Assembly: GCA_963729715.1 (NCBI GenBank)
Contig: CAVSPA010000018.1
Span: forward strand, 16,191 to 80,190
Reading direction: 5' to 3'
DNA: 64,000 nucleotides
Source of the DNA: an uncultured delta proteobacterium
GTDB taxonomy: Bacteria; Desulfobacterota; Syntrophia; Syntrophales; UBA2185
The notes beneath the pieces are model-generated. The model saw only the letters and a program-made list of their open reading frames with translations, was not told the origin of the DNA and searched no databases. A program made the translations under genes and the position numbers. Numbering within the stretch: position 1 is the stretch's first letter; every line of letters starts with the position of its first letter. Shown here piece by piece: positions 15,973 to 26,421 of this stretch.

Positions 15973-17550
15973 ATGGTCATTGCCATATTTTTTGGAATTC
16001 TTATATCGTACTTGGTGATAGGGTTCATCGCCTCGCGCCACACTAAAGGAGCCGATGAATTCTATGTAACAGGGAGACGATCCGGAATAATTCTTGTTCT
16101 CGGAGGATTTGCCGGAACTTGGATCAGCGCTCTGGGCACTCTTGGGTATCCTGGCATGTCCTATTCACAGGGTATAGGATTAGTGGCTATTTGGGGAGCT
16201 CTCCCGGGATTCTTGTTGGCGGCTTTCCTTATTGTGCCTCAATTGTATAGGAGCGGTTCCTGGACGCTTTTTGATTTCTTTGAATCTCGTTGGCAGGACA
16301 AGAGGTTAGCCGCTGTCGGCGTCTGCGTCATGTTTTTCGGCATGTTTCCTTATTTTGTTGCGCAAATTATGGGGGCTGCAACTTTATTATCGACACTTAC
16401 AGGGTTAAGCTATCAAACTATGCTCTATATAGTGTGCGCAACATTTTTCCTCTTAACAATTGTAGGAGGCGCCTGGTCTGTAACGGTTACAGACACTGCC
16501 ATGCTGCTCGTCAAATTAAGTCTTGTAGCATTCATTCTTCCTGCTGCACTTGCTTTTTTTGGCGGCATTAATAAAGTCACCGTCGATATGTATGCTTCCT
16601 CGCCACAGCGTTTTAGTCTCACTGGTTCTCTGCCTCCTCTTTATGTTTTGTCCTCATGTCTAATCTGGTTCTTTGGCATGTTCGCTGCGCCACACCAGGC
16701 GTCACGTATTATGATTGCGAAAGATACGAGAACAGCCGTCGCCGGAGCTATATTAGCGTTGACTTTAGGAACTGTTATTGTCTGGGCCTTGCATTTCATG
16801 GCAAGCGGTTTATGGGTCATTACACACGACGTTAAGCCGTCTTCCAGTGCCCTCCCTTATCTCTTTGCGCATTTGCCAAGCACGGCAATAGGCGCTTTAG
16901 GAATATCGGCCTTATTTGCTGCTGCTTTGTCAAGTGCAACGGGGATGCTATTGACTTTGAGCATGGGAGTCGGGAGAGATGTGGTAAAGCGTTTTTTTAA
17001 ATCAGACTTGCCTGATAAAAAGCTATTGAGCATTACTCGCTGGGCAGTACTGGGGTTCACTCTCGCTGTATTGGCCACATGCTTGGCTCAACCGGAAGCA
17101 ATTGTCAAATTTGCAGAGTTAGGGGGTTCGATATTCGCGTGCACGTTCTTTGCTCCATTGTTTTTCGGTGCCAACTGGCGGCGTGTTACAAAAAATGCAG
17201 TATTCTGGTCGATGATTTTGGGTGGCGGGATAGACATAATCCTCTGGATTGGGTGGCGCTTTATGGGTATGCCGTTGCTGTTTGGAATTCAGCCCGTTCT
17301 TTATGGCATCACGGCCTCGATTTTGACACTCGTCATAATAACCTTAAAATCTGATCCCACGCCTGCGGAAATTAAGGAGTTTGAACGAATCACGACGAGA
17401 ATGGAAGTAGCTACAGTTGCAGTAGGCGCCAACCAATCGAATGCAGTAATTAAGACGAGGCGGATTGACGGCTATGATTGGACGTGTATTCTGTCCATTG
17501 TCATAGGATTGACTTTAGCCATAGGAGGTACGGTTATTCTTCCACCCTAA
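15973..17550 (+). CDS. Sodium:solute symporter (SSS) family permease
   Basis: A 525-aa polytopic protein. The N-terminal ..EFYVTGRR.. is typical of SSS carriers. Confidence 0.8.
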   Translation: MVIAIFFGILISYLVIGFIASRHTKGADEFYVTGRRSGIILVLGGFAGTWISALGTLGYPGMSYSQGIGLVAIWGALPGFLLAAFLIVPQLYRSGSWTLFDFFESRWQDKRLAAVGVCVMFFGMFPYFVAQIMGAATLLSTLTGLSYQTMLYIVCATFFLLTIVGGAWSVTVTDTAMLLVKLSLVAFILPAALAFFGGINKVTVDMYASSPQRFSLTGSLPPLYVLSSCLIWFFGMFAAPHQASRIMIAKDTRTAVAGAILALTLGTVIVWALHFMASGLWVITHDVKPSSSALPYLFAHLPSTAIGALGISALFAAALSSATGMLLTLSMGVGRDVVKRFFKSDLPDKKLLSITRWAVLGFTLAVLATCLAQPEAIVKFAELGGSIFACTFFAPLFFGANWRRVTKNAVFWSMILGGGIDIILWIGWRFMGMPLLFGIQPVLYGITASILTLVIITLKSDPTPAEIKEFERITTRMEVATVAVGANQSNAVIKTRRIDGYDWTCILSIVIGLTLAIGGTVILPP

Positions 17551-17629
17551 TGTTATGACAATATTACTTGAAAAAGTTCGGGGCCCCTCGGACCTGTTTT
17601 TCAATGGAGAAACACGAAGGAGCAGAAAG

Positions 17630-18517
17630 ATGCATATACAGAAGATCATGGTCGTGGGTTCAGGTTTCATGGGCTCCGGTATCGCGCAGGTTGCGGCTGC
17701 TGCAGGCTTTACGGTGACAATGCAGGACATAAAGGATGAACTCGTTCAGAAGGGCATGGCGACCATCGAGAAAAACCTTAAGAACAGCGTTGCCACAGGG
17801 AAGCTCAGCGAGGAGGACATGAGGGCCACCCTCGGTAGGATTACCCCGACCCTTGATTTATCTCTCGCTAAAGACTGCGACGCAGTAATCGAAGTCATAT
17901 TCGAAAAAAAGCAGGCTAAAACGGAGCTCTTCAAGAAACTGGATGAGCTTTGCCCGCCGGAGGTCATATTCGCAAGCAACACTTCCTCTATCCCTATCAC
18001 GGAACTGGCCGCCACCACCAGGCGGCCAGCCAGGTTTGCCGGTATGCATTTCTTCAGCCCCGTCCCGGTCATGAAGCTCGTTGAAGTTATCAGGGGCTTG
18101 AAAACATCCGAAGAAACTGCCACGATCATTAATGATCTGGCGATAAAGTTCGGCAAGGTTCCGGTTTATGTAAAGGACGGCCCCGGTTTCTTGGTCAACC
18201 GGGTCAACGCGGCGCTTCGCAATGAGGTTTACAGATGTTTGGCGGAGGGCGTCGCAACCATTGAAGACATCGACAAGGCCCTGAAGTTCGGCCTCAACCA
18301 TCCCATGGGTCCGTTCGAGCTCAATGATTTCGTCGGCCTCGAGATCGGACTGGCCGTCTTTGAAACCCTCTGGGAGAATTTCAAAGACCCGAAATGGGCG
18401 CCCTCGCTGATTCTGAAGAAGATGGTCGCTTCCGGCGACCTAGGCCGCAAGACCGGCAAGGGCTGGTATGACTATACATCCGGCGAGAAGAAGCCGCGGA
18501 CAGACCTTAACTTCTAA
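17630..18517 (+). CDS. hbd: 3-hydroxyacyl-CoA (3-hydroxybutyryl-CoA) dehydrogenase
   Basis: MHIQKIMVVGSGFMGSGIAQ is an NAD-binding GxGxxG motif; ..PGFLVNR.. is also present. I placed the start at the ATG directly before the Rossmann motif. Confidence 0.85.
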   Translation: MHIQKIMVVGSGFMGSGIAQVAAAAGFTVTMQDIKDELVQKGMATIEKNLKNSVATGKLSEEDMRATLGRITPTLDLSLAKDCDAVIEVIFEKKQAKTELFKKLDELCPPEVIFASNTSSIPITELAATTRRPARFAGMHFFSPVPVMKLVEVIRGLKTSEETATIINDLAIKFGKVPVYVKDGPGFLVNRVNAALRNEVYRCLAEGVATIEDIDKALKFGLNHPMGPFELNDFVGLEIGLAVFETLWENFKDPKWAPSLILKKMVASGDLGRKTGKGWYDYTSGEKKPRTDLNF

Positions 18518-18552
18518 TCAGACTTTCTGAAAAAATTACGGGGTGACAAAAA

Positions 18553-19821
18553 ATGGAAGATGTAGTTATTCTGAGCTGTGTCCGCACACCGATAGGCGCT
18601 TACGGCGGAGCCATGAAAGATATCCCGGTCTATAGGCTGGGAAGCCTAGTCTTAAACGAGGTCGTCAAGAGGGTTGGCATCGAAGCCTCTGCGGTTGATG
18701 ATGTGATCATGGGAACATCCTACCAGAACGGAGAGTGCGCCAACGGCGCCCGGATGGCCGTTCTTGATGCGGGCTGGCCGGATACTGTGCCGGGCGTCGT
18801 GATCGACCGTCGCTGCTGCTCTGGGTTGGAATCAATCTTTTATGGTGCTTTACAGATTCAAACGGGAAATGCAGAAATCATCGTCGCCGGCGGTATGGAC
18901 AGCATGAGCCAGGCGGAACTTTATATACCGGGTGATATCAAGTGGGGTCTCGGTGGTAAGAGCCATGAAAAGTACGGTTTCATGCCCAGAGGTCACGGCG
19001 CCCTCGCCATGTGGGGGATACCTCTCTATGACAGGCTTCAGCGTGGGAGGGTGATGTCTCAGCCCATCCACCGTTACGGAGAGTTGAACTCGATGATGTC
19101 CTGGGCGGAGATGGCGGCCAAGAGGGAAAAAATAACCCGTGAAGAGGCGGACAAGTGGGCGTATCGCAGCCACAAGAGAGCCATTGCGGCATGGGATGCC
19201 GGGAAATTCGCGAATGAGATAGTCCCCGTTCCTGTCGGAAAGGGGAAAGACGGGGACATGATCTTTTTTAATACAGATGAGGGACCGCGTCGCAAAACGA
19301 CAATGGAAAAGCTTGCCAAGCTCCGGCCCGTTTATCCGGACGGGGTGTGTACTGCCGGTAATTCCTCTTCAGAGAATGACGGCGCCTCCGTCGTTGTCCT
19401 CGCATCGGAAAGAAAAGCAACAGAACTCGGTATCAAACCGATGGCATATTTTCGTTCGTGTGCTATTGCCGCCACGGATCCGACATTGACATATCCGGCG
19501 GTGCCTGTCGCCGTTTCCAGGGCTCTCAGTAAGGCCGCTTTGAAGATCGATCAGATAGATCTCATAGAAGTGCAGGAGGCCTTTGCAGTCCAGGCCTTGG
19601 CCGATGCAAGGCTCTGCGGGCTCAGTGAAAAAGATATGGAAGAGAAAGTGAATGTGAATGGATCGGGCATTTCCCTCGGCCATCCGGTAGGCGCAACCGG
19701 CACGATGAGATTGACAACGCTTCTCCATGAAATGAAGAGGCGTAGTGTCCGTTACGGGCTTGAGACCATCTGCGGCGGCGGCGGACAGGGCATCTGCATG
19801 ATCGTTGAGAGAAAATCATAA
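18553..19821 (+). CDS. Acetyl-CoA acetyltransferase (thiolase)
   Basis: ..IDRRCCSGLE.. contains the active-site Cys. The C-terminal part has ..NVNGSGISLGHPVGATG.. and ..CGGGGQG.. Confidence 0.85.
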   Translation: MEDVVILSCVRTPIGAYGGAMKDIPVYRLGSLVLNEVVKRVGIEASAVDDVIMGTSYQNGECANGARMAVLDAGWPDTVPGVVIDRRCCSGLESIFYGALQIQTGNAEIIVAGGMDSMSQAELYIPGDIKWGLGGKSHEKYGFMPRGHGALAMWGIPLYDRLQRGRVMSQPIHRYGELNSMMSWAEMAAKREKITREEADKWAYRSHKRAIAAWDAGKFANEIVPVPVGKGKDGDMIFFNTDEGPRRKTTMEKLAKLRPVYPDGVCTAGNSSSENDGASVVVLASERKATELGIKPMAYFRSCAIAATDPTLTYPAVPVAVSRALSKAALKIDQIDLIEVQEAFAVQALADARLCGLSEKDMEEKVNVNGSGISLGHPVGATGTMRLTTLLHEMKRRSVRYGLETICGGGGQGICMIVERKS

Positions 19822-19839
19822 ATCAGCAAGGAGAACAAG

Positions 19840-19966
19840 ATGGATTTTGCACAAACGCAAGAACAGCAAATGATTCGAGAAAATGCTCGAACTGGGCTTC
19901 TTCGGTTTCTGGATTGACGAGAAATACGGCGGCAACAGCATTGTGTTCTTCGAGGGGTCCTGGTGA
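19840..19966 (+). pseudogene. Acyl-CoA dehydrogenase N-terminal stub (internally deleted and frameshifted)
   Basis: MDFAQTQEQQMIRENA.. then, in another frame, ..KMLELGFFGFWIDEKYGGNS.., then stop. These are the two conserved N-terminal ACAD segments with the stretch between them missing. Nothing follows. Confidence 0.65.
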
Positions 19967-20094
19967 TTGAGCAGCTTTACCGCCCCGGGTTAAAACTCAC
20001 CACTGTTTCAGATCATTATTCTCCTACACGCTTAGATGTCGATAAATTATTCATAAAAACATTGCAACATAATCTCGGTTTTTTCAATCATTGT

Positions 20095-21051
20095 CTATGA
20101 GGAAAAGGTCAGCTTCGTTCCAGACATGTTGAGGATGAACTGATCGGGCATTTCTTCTTTAATATGCATCATCGCATTTCTTCCTGTACAGTGAGTTGGT
20201 ATAATATAGCCGGGATTAATTTTGTGCAGTTCTTCTATTGTCCTTTCGATGATTGATTCAAAAAGAGGGCCGCTCAGGTGAAACCCACCCATGATTGCAC
20301 GCACGTCTTTAATTCCTGTAACCTTCATAGCATGATAAACTGTATTGATGATACCCGAATGGGCACACCCGGATAGAATAACCAAGCCCTTGCCCTTAAC
20401 GTTCATAGCAATTGATGTGTCATCTTCAATAGCATCAAACTTCTCTCGACCATCCTCCAAAAGGCGGGCAATCGGATAACCTTTTTCAAAGTCTGTGGAG
20501 CGCTCGATCTCTCCCAGAAATAGGGCATCACCATCAAGCATAAGCCGAGGCTCTCTTGTTTCCACAACTCTAATTTCGAGTTTTTCAAGAGCATCTCTGG
20601 TGATTGCAGGAAAGAAGATTTTTTGTTCTTCATTGTACTTCAGATAACGTGGGGCTTTAAATACGGATGGGTGAACAAACAGTTCGATACCCGGTTTCCC
20701 AATCATCTTGACAAACCTCTCCAGGCCGCCCGCGTGGTCATCGTGCCCGTGTGAAAGGGCAAGAACTTCGATTTGCGATGTGTTCACGCCAAGAGCTTCG
20801 GCATTGAAAACGGCTCCGATCTCCGAAAATCCGAAATCAAAAAGCATAGTTCTCGTCTGGCTTCCCGTTGTTGCCCTGATAATCGAGGAAAAGCCGTGCT
20901 CGGACAGGATGGATTTTCTAAATCCCCCCTCTTTCATCGGCATGGCTCGTGTAACCATTTCGCTGTTGTCTCTTATCGTCAAGTCTATGTAGTTATCCTG
21001 TAAGGTTAAAATTTCTGCCTTATCTACTGCGTTCAAGATAACTTTTCCCAT
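20095..21051 (-). CDS. MBL-fold protein, COG1237-like
   Basis: GGAGG lies before the ATG at 21051. It has ALSHGHDDHAGG, ..NVKGKGLVILSGCAHSGI.. and ..IIPTHCTG.. Confidence 0.8.
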   Translation of the reverse strand: MGKVILNAVDKAEILTLQDNYIDLTIRDNSEMVTRAMPMKEGGFRKSILSEHGFSSIIRATTGSQTRTMLFDFGFSEIGAVFNAEALGVNTSQIEVLALSHGHDDHAGGLERFVKMIGKPGIELFVHPSVFKAPRYLKYNEEQKIFFPAITRDALEKLEIRVVETREPRLMLDGDALFLGEIERSTDFEKGYPIARLLEDGREKFDAIEDDTSIAMNVKGKGLVILSGCAHSGIINTVYHAMKVTGIKDVRAIMGGFHLSGPLFESIIERTIEELHKINPGYIIPTHCTGRNAMMHIKEEMPDQFILNMSGTKLTFSS

Positions 21052-21147
21052 GACATTTCCTCCGAACATCCTATCTCGATGTATTCATACTTTGAATTTT
21101 ATATGCGAGATCCCGTACCTACAAAATGTATTGCTTCTGGATTTCCA

Positions 21148-22131
21148 TTATTGAAGCGCCTTCTTGCATAGTTCCGTTATGAATATCGGATTGATTGAAT
21201 CATCCTTGCATAGCTTCCGAAGATTGAGATAGCACATGGGGCAGAGGAAGACCATGGCATCCGCATTCACTTTTTTTGCATCGTCTATATTCCACTTTTT
21301 TACAATCGCCGCCCGTTCTTTGTCGCGGGCCATGAGCGGCGCGCCACAGCAAAGTGCGTTTATTCTTTCGTACTTCCGTGCCGGCCTCTCCACTCCGAGG
21401 AGTTCAAAAATCTTATCGAGATAGATATCCTTCCCCTGTGTGTAGCGCGAGGCGCAGGGGGACTGGTAGGCAACGCGGATGGGAACCGCCTTGAGACGGC
21501 CCTCGCGCTTCTTGAGTTCCCGGTAGAGATATTCAAAGATATGGACAGGGTGGAAAGGCACTTTCAAGCCATACTCCTGGGCCAGCGTGGTCAGCATAGT
21601 GTAACAGTCGTCGTGGAAACAGATAACTTCTTTGGCTCCCAAGGCTGCGAGGTTCTCGATGAATCTCTTTGCCTCCTTCTTAGCGGAGCTCGGTTTCCCG
21701 AGGTGAATATGTCCAACAGTACAGAAATAGTCCGCGCCTTCGACAATCGTCAAATCATCGAAAAGAGGATTGTCCAGAAGTTCACGGACCATATCTCCCA
21801 CAATGCACAGATTCAGCACGGGTTTGCCCTCTTTGCCTTTTTTTACGATGGTCGGCAGATTATAGAGCTTAGCGAAATTCTGCATGGCCTGCTCGGGAAT
21901 GCCGAGGGCACCCGTTTCTTCCTGACGCTGGTTCAGCAAATCGAATGGATTGGCTTGGGTCGGGCAGACCAAATTGCACGATGCGCAAGTAACGCATAGA
22001 CCCACAATCGGCGGTGTTCCTCCCGATACAAGCTCCTTCATTTCCTCTTGGGCCCGATTGAGGTCGTATTCCACATAAGGACAAAACTCCAGGCAGTTTC
22101 CACATAAATTGCATTTTTCTTGGTAAAACAT
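21148..22131 (-). CDS. HdrD/GlpC-like Fe-S protein (2x[4Fe-4S] ferredoxin motifs + CCG domains)
   Basis: CNLCGNCLEFCP and CVTCASCNLVCP are the ferredoxin motifs. ..ALCCGAP.. and ..FLCPMCYLNL.. are the CCG motifs. Confidence 0.8.
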   Translation of the reverse strand: MFYQEKCNLCGNCLEFCPYVEYDLNRAQEEMKELVSGGTPPIVGLCVTCASCNLVCPTQANPFDLLNQRQEETGALGIPEQAMQNFAKLYNLPTIVKKGKEGKPVLNLCIVGDMVRELLDNPLFDDLTIVEGADYFCTVGHIHLGKPSSAKKEAKRFIENLAALGAKEVICFHDDCYTMLTTLAQEYGLKVPFHPVHIFEYLYRELKKREGRLKAVPIRVAYQSPCASRYTQGKDIYLDKIFELLGVERPARKYERINALCCGAPLMARDKERAAIVKKWNIDDAKKVNADAMVFLCPMCYLNLRKLCKDDSINPIFITELCKKALQ

Positions 22132-22341
22132 TGATTCCTCCTTGGCTTTTATATTTGGCCGTTTATGTCAGTATGCTTTTTTACTACAATTCAAAAGAAT
22201 TCGCGTCACTTTGCCGGAAGCTGCACCGGCACTGCTTCTCCTTTCGCGCGGATCTCACCTTCCGCAGATAACGTGACGCTCACAATGATTTTTCGTTTTC
22301 CCGTTCCATTTGAACAATGCCGGCTGGACGCTTAGAGATGC

Positions 22342-23034
22342 TCATTTCCGCCGTTTCACCGCGTTCAGGGACCGATAATAGCTGTCCATTGTATAAACTG
22401 CGGCCAGGGGATTGTGGCCCAGCAGGCGGTCCTTGACGGCAAGTACGGTGCAGGGGGCCTCGGCATATTTCATGAACAGCGAATCGTGACCAACGCACAA
22501 TCCCATCATGATGTTAAACTCAGTCTTTTCATGATTGAGCAATAAGGCCTGGGCGATCGGATTGCACATGGATTCAAAACATCCTATCCTGACTTTTTGA
22601 TTTTCCAGGATTCCGATCACTTCTTTCGGGACGCGACCAATTTTGCATACACCCGAGACGACATCAAAACCGTAGGAAGAAAGAAACCCTTCCACAGCTC
22701 TGGCCTCTTTCCTGAGGCCGAGACAGAAGGCAAACCCCAATTTCTTGTAGTTCATCTTTCCTGCAAATTCTACAATCTCAAGAATCCGGGGTTTGACCGG
22801 TTTTGCTTGCGCAAATCCGAGTTCCCTGTCCGCATACCCTTCTCCTTCCTGAATAGACGCCTGTCTGGCAAATTCCAGGACCTCGCCTTTTTTGAGTTCT
22901 TCCAGTGCCTTTTCGATAACAGTTGCTTTATGTACCGTAGGACAGAAAGGTGGCGCTTTACCGTTTTCTTCCTGGCAGATACGCTCCTGACGTTCAAAAG
23001 GGCAGCGGGCGCATTGCGGATGGTTGTGTTCCAT
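22342..23034 (-). CDS. DUF1847-type Cys-rich metal-binding protein
   Basis: The N-terminus reads PQCARCPFERQERICQEENGKAPPFCPT. The family assignment is from memory. Confidence 0.55.
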   Translation of the reverse strand: MEHNHPQCARCPFERQERICQEENGKAPPFCPTVHKATVIEKALEELKKGEVLEFARQASIQEGEGYADRELGFAQAKPVKPRILEIVEFAGKMNYKKLGFAFCLGLRKEARAVEGFLSSYGFDVVSGVCKIGRVPKEVIGILENQKVRIGCFESMCNPIAQALLLNHEKTEFNIMMGLCVGHDSLFMKYAEAPCTVLAVKDRLLGHNPLAAVYTMDSYYRSLNAVKRRK

Positions 23035-23220
23035 CAGGTCTCTCCTTGAACATTATAATATTTCTCTATAGGCGGCACTGAACGGGTACCGGTGTAATCT
23101 TGGCGTGATTCTTCTCTCTTTCCGGGGGTGATCCCGGACGATTTGAGACTGCTTATAATGCCGTATCCCCCTTGAATATCATACACCACACCGTTAGACT
23201 GATCAGCGTTTCCTCTTACA

Positions 23221-23652
23221 TCATTTATCCTTTTTCCCGACGGCGAAGTCCCTCAATGCTCTATGCAGTGTCGTGGCGGCGAGAAGGGCACAATGCCTGG
23301 CTTCTTCCGGCATCCCTCCCAGATGCTCCAGGATGGCATTCTGGTTGATCCTGATGCAGTCCTTCGGGGCTTTCCCCTTAGCCATCACTGTGGCAGCCGA
23401 GACAGCGGCATGGGATGTCATGCAACCATCTGTGGTATATCGGACGTCTTCAATTCTGCCGCTTTTCACCCGTAGAAATATTTCTACCGTATCCCCGCAT
23501 GGTCCGGTTATCTTTGCATAGCCGTCCGGCTTTTTTATTGTACCGCAATTTCTCGGGTTAGTCCCGTAATCAATGACTCTTCCGGAAAAAAGATTCTTGG
23601 TTTTTTCCAAGAGCAAATCCATCATTTCTTTTTTGATCTCGTCTTCTTCCAC
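23221..23652 (-). CDS. IscU/NifU N-terminal-domain Fe-S scaffold-like protein
   Basis: ..NPRNCGT..GPCGDTVEIFL..TDGCMTSHAA..RHCALLA.. shows the conserved Cys pattern of IscU-like scaffolds. Confidence 0.75.
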   Translation of the reverse strand: MEEDEIKKEMMDLLLEKTKNLFSGRVIDYGTNPRNCGTIKKPDGYAKITGPCGDTVEIFLRVKSGRIEDVRYTTDGCMTSHAAVSAATVMAKGKAPKDCIRINQNAILEHLGGMPEEARHCALLAATTLHRALRDFAVGKKDK

Positions 23653-23688
23653 TTCCTTAATCCTGCCTGCGATTCCTCTGCGGGGCGC

Positions 23689-23937
23689 TTATTTGTGACA
23701 TGCCGCCCCCTGCGCACACGGCGCCGTGTCGCACCGCTCCTCTCTGCCGCAGCAGGTCCTGCCTCCTCGAGAACCCATTATCTGACCTATTCTCGATGTG
23801 ACCCCCTTCGACAGGATTCTCTTTAAGTCTTCATTTCCGCAGACACGGCACCTCCTCGCGGTTTGCTCCTCCGTCATACCTTCAAGCAACTCGGAGATTC
23901 CGCCGCATGCGGTGCATTCATACTCATAAATCGGCAT
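23689..23937 (-). CDS. FmdB-family zinc-ribbon protein
   Basis: MPIYEYECTACG....CRVCG is the signature CxxC..CxxC N-terminus. Confidence 0.75.
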   Translation of the reverse strand: MPIYEYECTACGGISELLEGMTEEQTARRCRVCGNEDLKRILSKGVTSRIGQIMGSRGGRTCCGREERCDTAPCAQGAACHK

Positions 23938-23953
23938 AGTGCAAAAGACCTCT

Positions 23954-24835
23954 CTATTTCTTTGTCATTCCTAAAATCGGTTTGACGGCTTTGACAAAGG
24001 CCTTGGCCGCAGAGGTTTTCCCGTAATGATAGATAAATGGTTTCCCGTTGTCCGAAGCCTCCACGATCAGCGGTTCTATGGGAATGCGCCCGAGAAAGGG
24101 AACTCCCATTTCGCCTGCCATTTTTTCGCCACCTCCACGCTTAAAGACATCGACGCCTTTCCCGCAGTGCGGGCAGACGAGACCGCTCATGTTTTCAATC
24201 ACCCCCAGGACGGGAACTTTCAACTGTTTACAGAAATCTATGGATTTTCGCACGTCGATGAGAGACAAATCCTGGGGCGTGGTCACAATAACGGCGCCGT
24301 CTGCGTCAGGAATCATTTGAGCCACGGAAAGGGGTTCATCTCCCGTGCCCGGAGGAAAGTCAATAACGAGGTAATCGAGATGACCCCAATTCACCTCCGT
24401 CAAAAGCTGTTTTATGACATTGACCTTCATGGGGCCTCTCCAGATCACGGCCCTGTTCTGTTCAGGCATAAAGAATCCTATGGACATTACTTTTATTCCT
24501 TCCACAAAATCCACAGGGTTAATGCCTTCATCGCCGGTTTTCACCGACTTCCCATTGAGATGGAGCAGAGTGGGGATACTGGGACCATGCAAGTCTACAT
24601 CCAGAATTCCCACCTGTTTTCCTTGCATGGCCAGGGCAACGGCGATATTAACCGCCACAGTGCTCTTGCCGACGCCGCCCTTCCCGGACAGCACCATGAT
24701 CTTATGATCGATCTGCGCCATACGATTTGCCAGTGTTACATCTTCGGTACTGTCATTTAATCTATTATCAGGTTCCTTGTATTTGCCTTGACAACCCTGG
24801 TCTTCACCACCACTGTGTTTTTCACAATCCATCAT
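23954..24835 (-). CDS. Mrp/NBP35/ApbC-family Fe-S cluster carrier ATPase
   Basis: VLSGKGGVGKSTVAVNIA is a deviant Walker A. ..CPHCG.. is the CxxC motif. Confidence 0.85.
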   Translation of the reverse strand: MMDCEKHSGGEDQGCQGKYKEPDNRLNDSTEDVTLANRMAQIDHKIMVLSGKGGVGKSTVAVNIAVALAMQGKQVGILDVDLHGPSIPTLLHLNGKSVKTGDEGINPVDFVEGIKVMSIGFFMPEQNRAVIWRGPMKVNVIKQLLTEVNWGHLDYLVIDFPPGTGDEPLSVAQMIPDADGAVIVTTPQDLSLIDVRKSIDFCKQLKVPVLGVIENMSGLVCPHCGKGVDVFKRGGGEKMAGEMGVPFLGRIPIEPLIVEASDNGKPFIYHYGKTSAAKAFVKAVKPILGMTKK

Positions 24836-24951
24836 CGCTCACCTTTAGTTGCTTGGTTTCGTATCCTGCATTATGGGCTCCATTTTATTCCAAATGGAAA
24901 TTATTTCACCCGCCACCTTGTCCTGCGCATATTCAATTCGCTTAAGCCTCA

Positions 24952-26421
24952 TTATTTCTTTTTCTTTTCCGGTTCTGGAATCTCCTCAGTTATGCCGGCA
25001 ATTTTTCTGGCGTATTCGGCAAACTGGTCAATTGGGGTAAGAGCCCTGACAACCAGTTTTGCACCATCAGGAGAACCGCCGCCGTGCATACATCCAGGAA
25101 CGCCTGCGCCGAGCGTCAGCCATTCAGAAAGCCTTGCTGCGCGCGCCCTTGATTCAGCGCTGAACTTACCGGAGGCTTTCAGGGCCGATTGAACCATGGC
25201 TCCTAATTTTGGGTCATTAAAGTCTTTCGAAGACGGGAAACATCCTGTTTCAACGATACCGCCGCCGATGTCCTGGCAGATACGCTTTGTTTCATAAGGG
25301 AGAGTTGCCACATGTACTTTATTGGCATGAGCGGTCAAGGGATCTGAAACCCACATACCACCGGGACCTTTCTTTCCAAGGGCCATCGCACCAATTCCCA
25401 TGCAGTATGTTGTCTCATTGTTGACAGCCATCTCTACCAGCTTGTTTGCAAACGTGCTGGCTGCCAATCCGTTCGTCCTTGCCATAAGCGCCGCAGCGCC
25501 GATCATCACGTCTCCCTGACCGGCGACACATGCGCCGATGCACGCACGGTAGTTAGCTGTGAAATATCCAATTATATTGCCTGTATATTTGAATTCTTTA
25601 CACATAAAAACCCTGTCATTGGGAACAAAGCAGTCCTTGAAAAACAGGAAAGACTGGGTGATGCCTGAGTCGGGAATGTCGAATCCGCCTTCCATTTCTC
25701 TCGTATCGCTCGGCCTCCGGGCCTCCACGATTGTAAGACCTTTTATATCCCGCGGCACAACGCAGCTCACTGCATAGTCCTGATCCTCTTCCCTGTAGGC
25801 GCCTCCCGGCAAAAGAAATATTTCGTTAGAGGCGGCCACACCGCAGATCATCGCCTTCATTCCACTGATTATGATGCCGTCTTCGCGGACTTCTGTAATA
25901 TGCAGATTGCTGTCGGGATTCGCCTGCTGTGATGGTCTCAGGCTGCGATCCCCTTTGGCATCTGTAAGAGCCCCCGCTACGAGAAGGCCGTTTTTCTGAG
26001 AATTGATAATCCATTTTTTGAGCCGCTCCTGATATTTCGTGCCTAATTCCTTGTCCATAAGCGACGTGATATTCCACATAACGTTCTGGGCGTTCCAGCC
26101 TACGCACACTCCGCCGCTGCAGCTTCCTGTCAAGCGATACATCCACCTCTTCATCCTGGAATTGGCCATAATATCTTCAAGGGTTTCCATCATGGAATTC
26201 CATCTGTGGATCTTTTCACCGCTTATGAAGGTGGAGGTAGTAGTGAAATCATCTGCTAATTTTGGGTCATGCGATGCGTCAATTGCCCGTGCATGGCTTT
26301 CTACGACTCTTTTTGTTGCCGGATGAATTGTTACGTCTTCAATCAGCTCTCCAAATTTGTAAATGTTCGGCCTCATTGCCTTTAATGATTTCTTGTATTC
26401 CTCTCTCGTCTTCAAAGCCAT
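24952..26421 (-). CDS. 4-hydroxybutyryl-CoA dehydratase / HpaB-family (AbfD-like) protein
   Basis: AAGGAGG lies before the ATG at 26421. The N-terminus MALKTREEYKKSLKAMRPNIYKFGELIEDVTIHPATK.. is typical of AbfD-like enzymes. Confidence 0.75.
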   Translation of the reverse strand: MALKTREEYKKSLKAMRPNIYKFGELIEDVTIHPATKRVVESHARAIDASHDPKLADDFTTTSTFISGEKIHRWNSMMETLEDIMANSRMKRWMYRLTGSCSGGVCVGWNAQNVMWNITSLMDKELGTKYQERLKKWIINSQKNGLLVAGALTDAKGDRSLRPSQQANPDSNLHITEVREDGIIISGMKAMICGVAASNEIFLLPGGAYREEDQDYAVSCVVPRDIKGLTIVEARRPSDTREMEGGFDIPDSGITQSFLFFKDCFVPNDRVFMCKEFKYTGNIIGYFTANYRACIGACVAGQGDVMIGAAALMARTNGLAASTFANKLVEMAVNNETTYCMGIGAMALGKKGPGGMWVSDPLTAHANKVHVATLPYETKRICQDIGGGIVETGCFPSSKDFNDPKLGAMVQSALKASGKFSAESRARAARLSEWLTLGAGVPGCMHGGGSPDGAKLVVRALTPIDQFAEYARKIAGITEEIPEPEKKKK

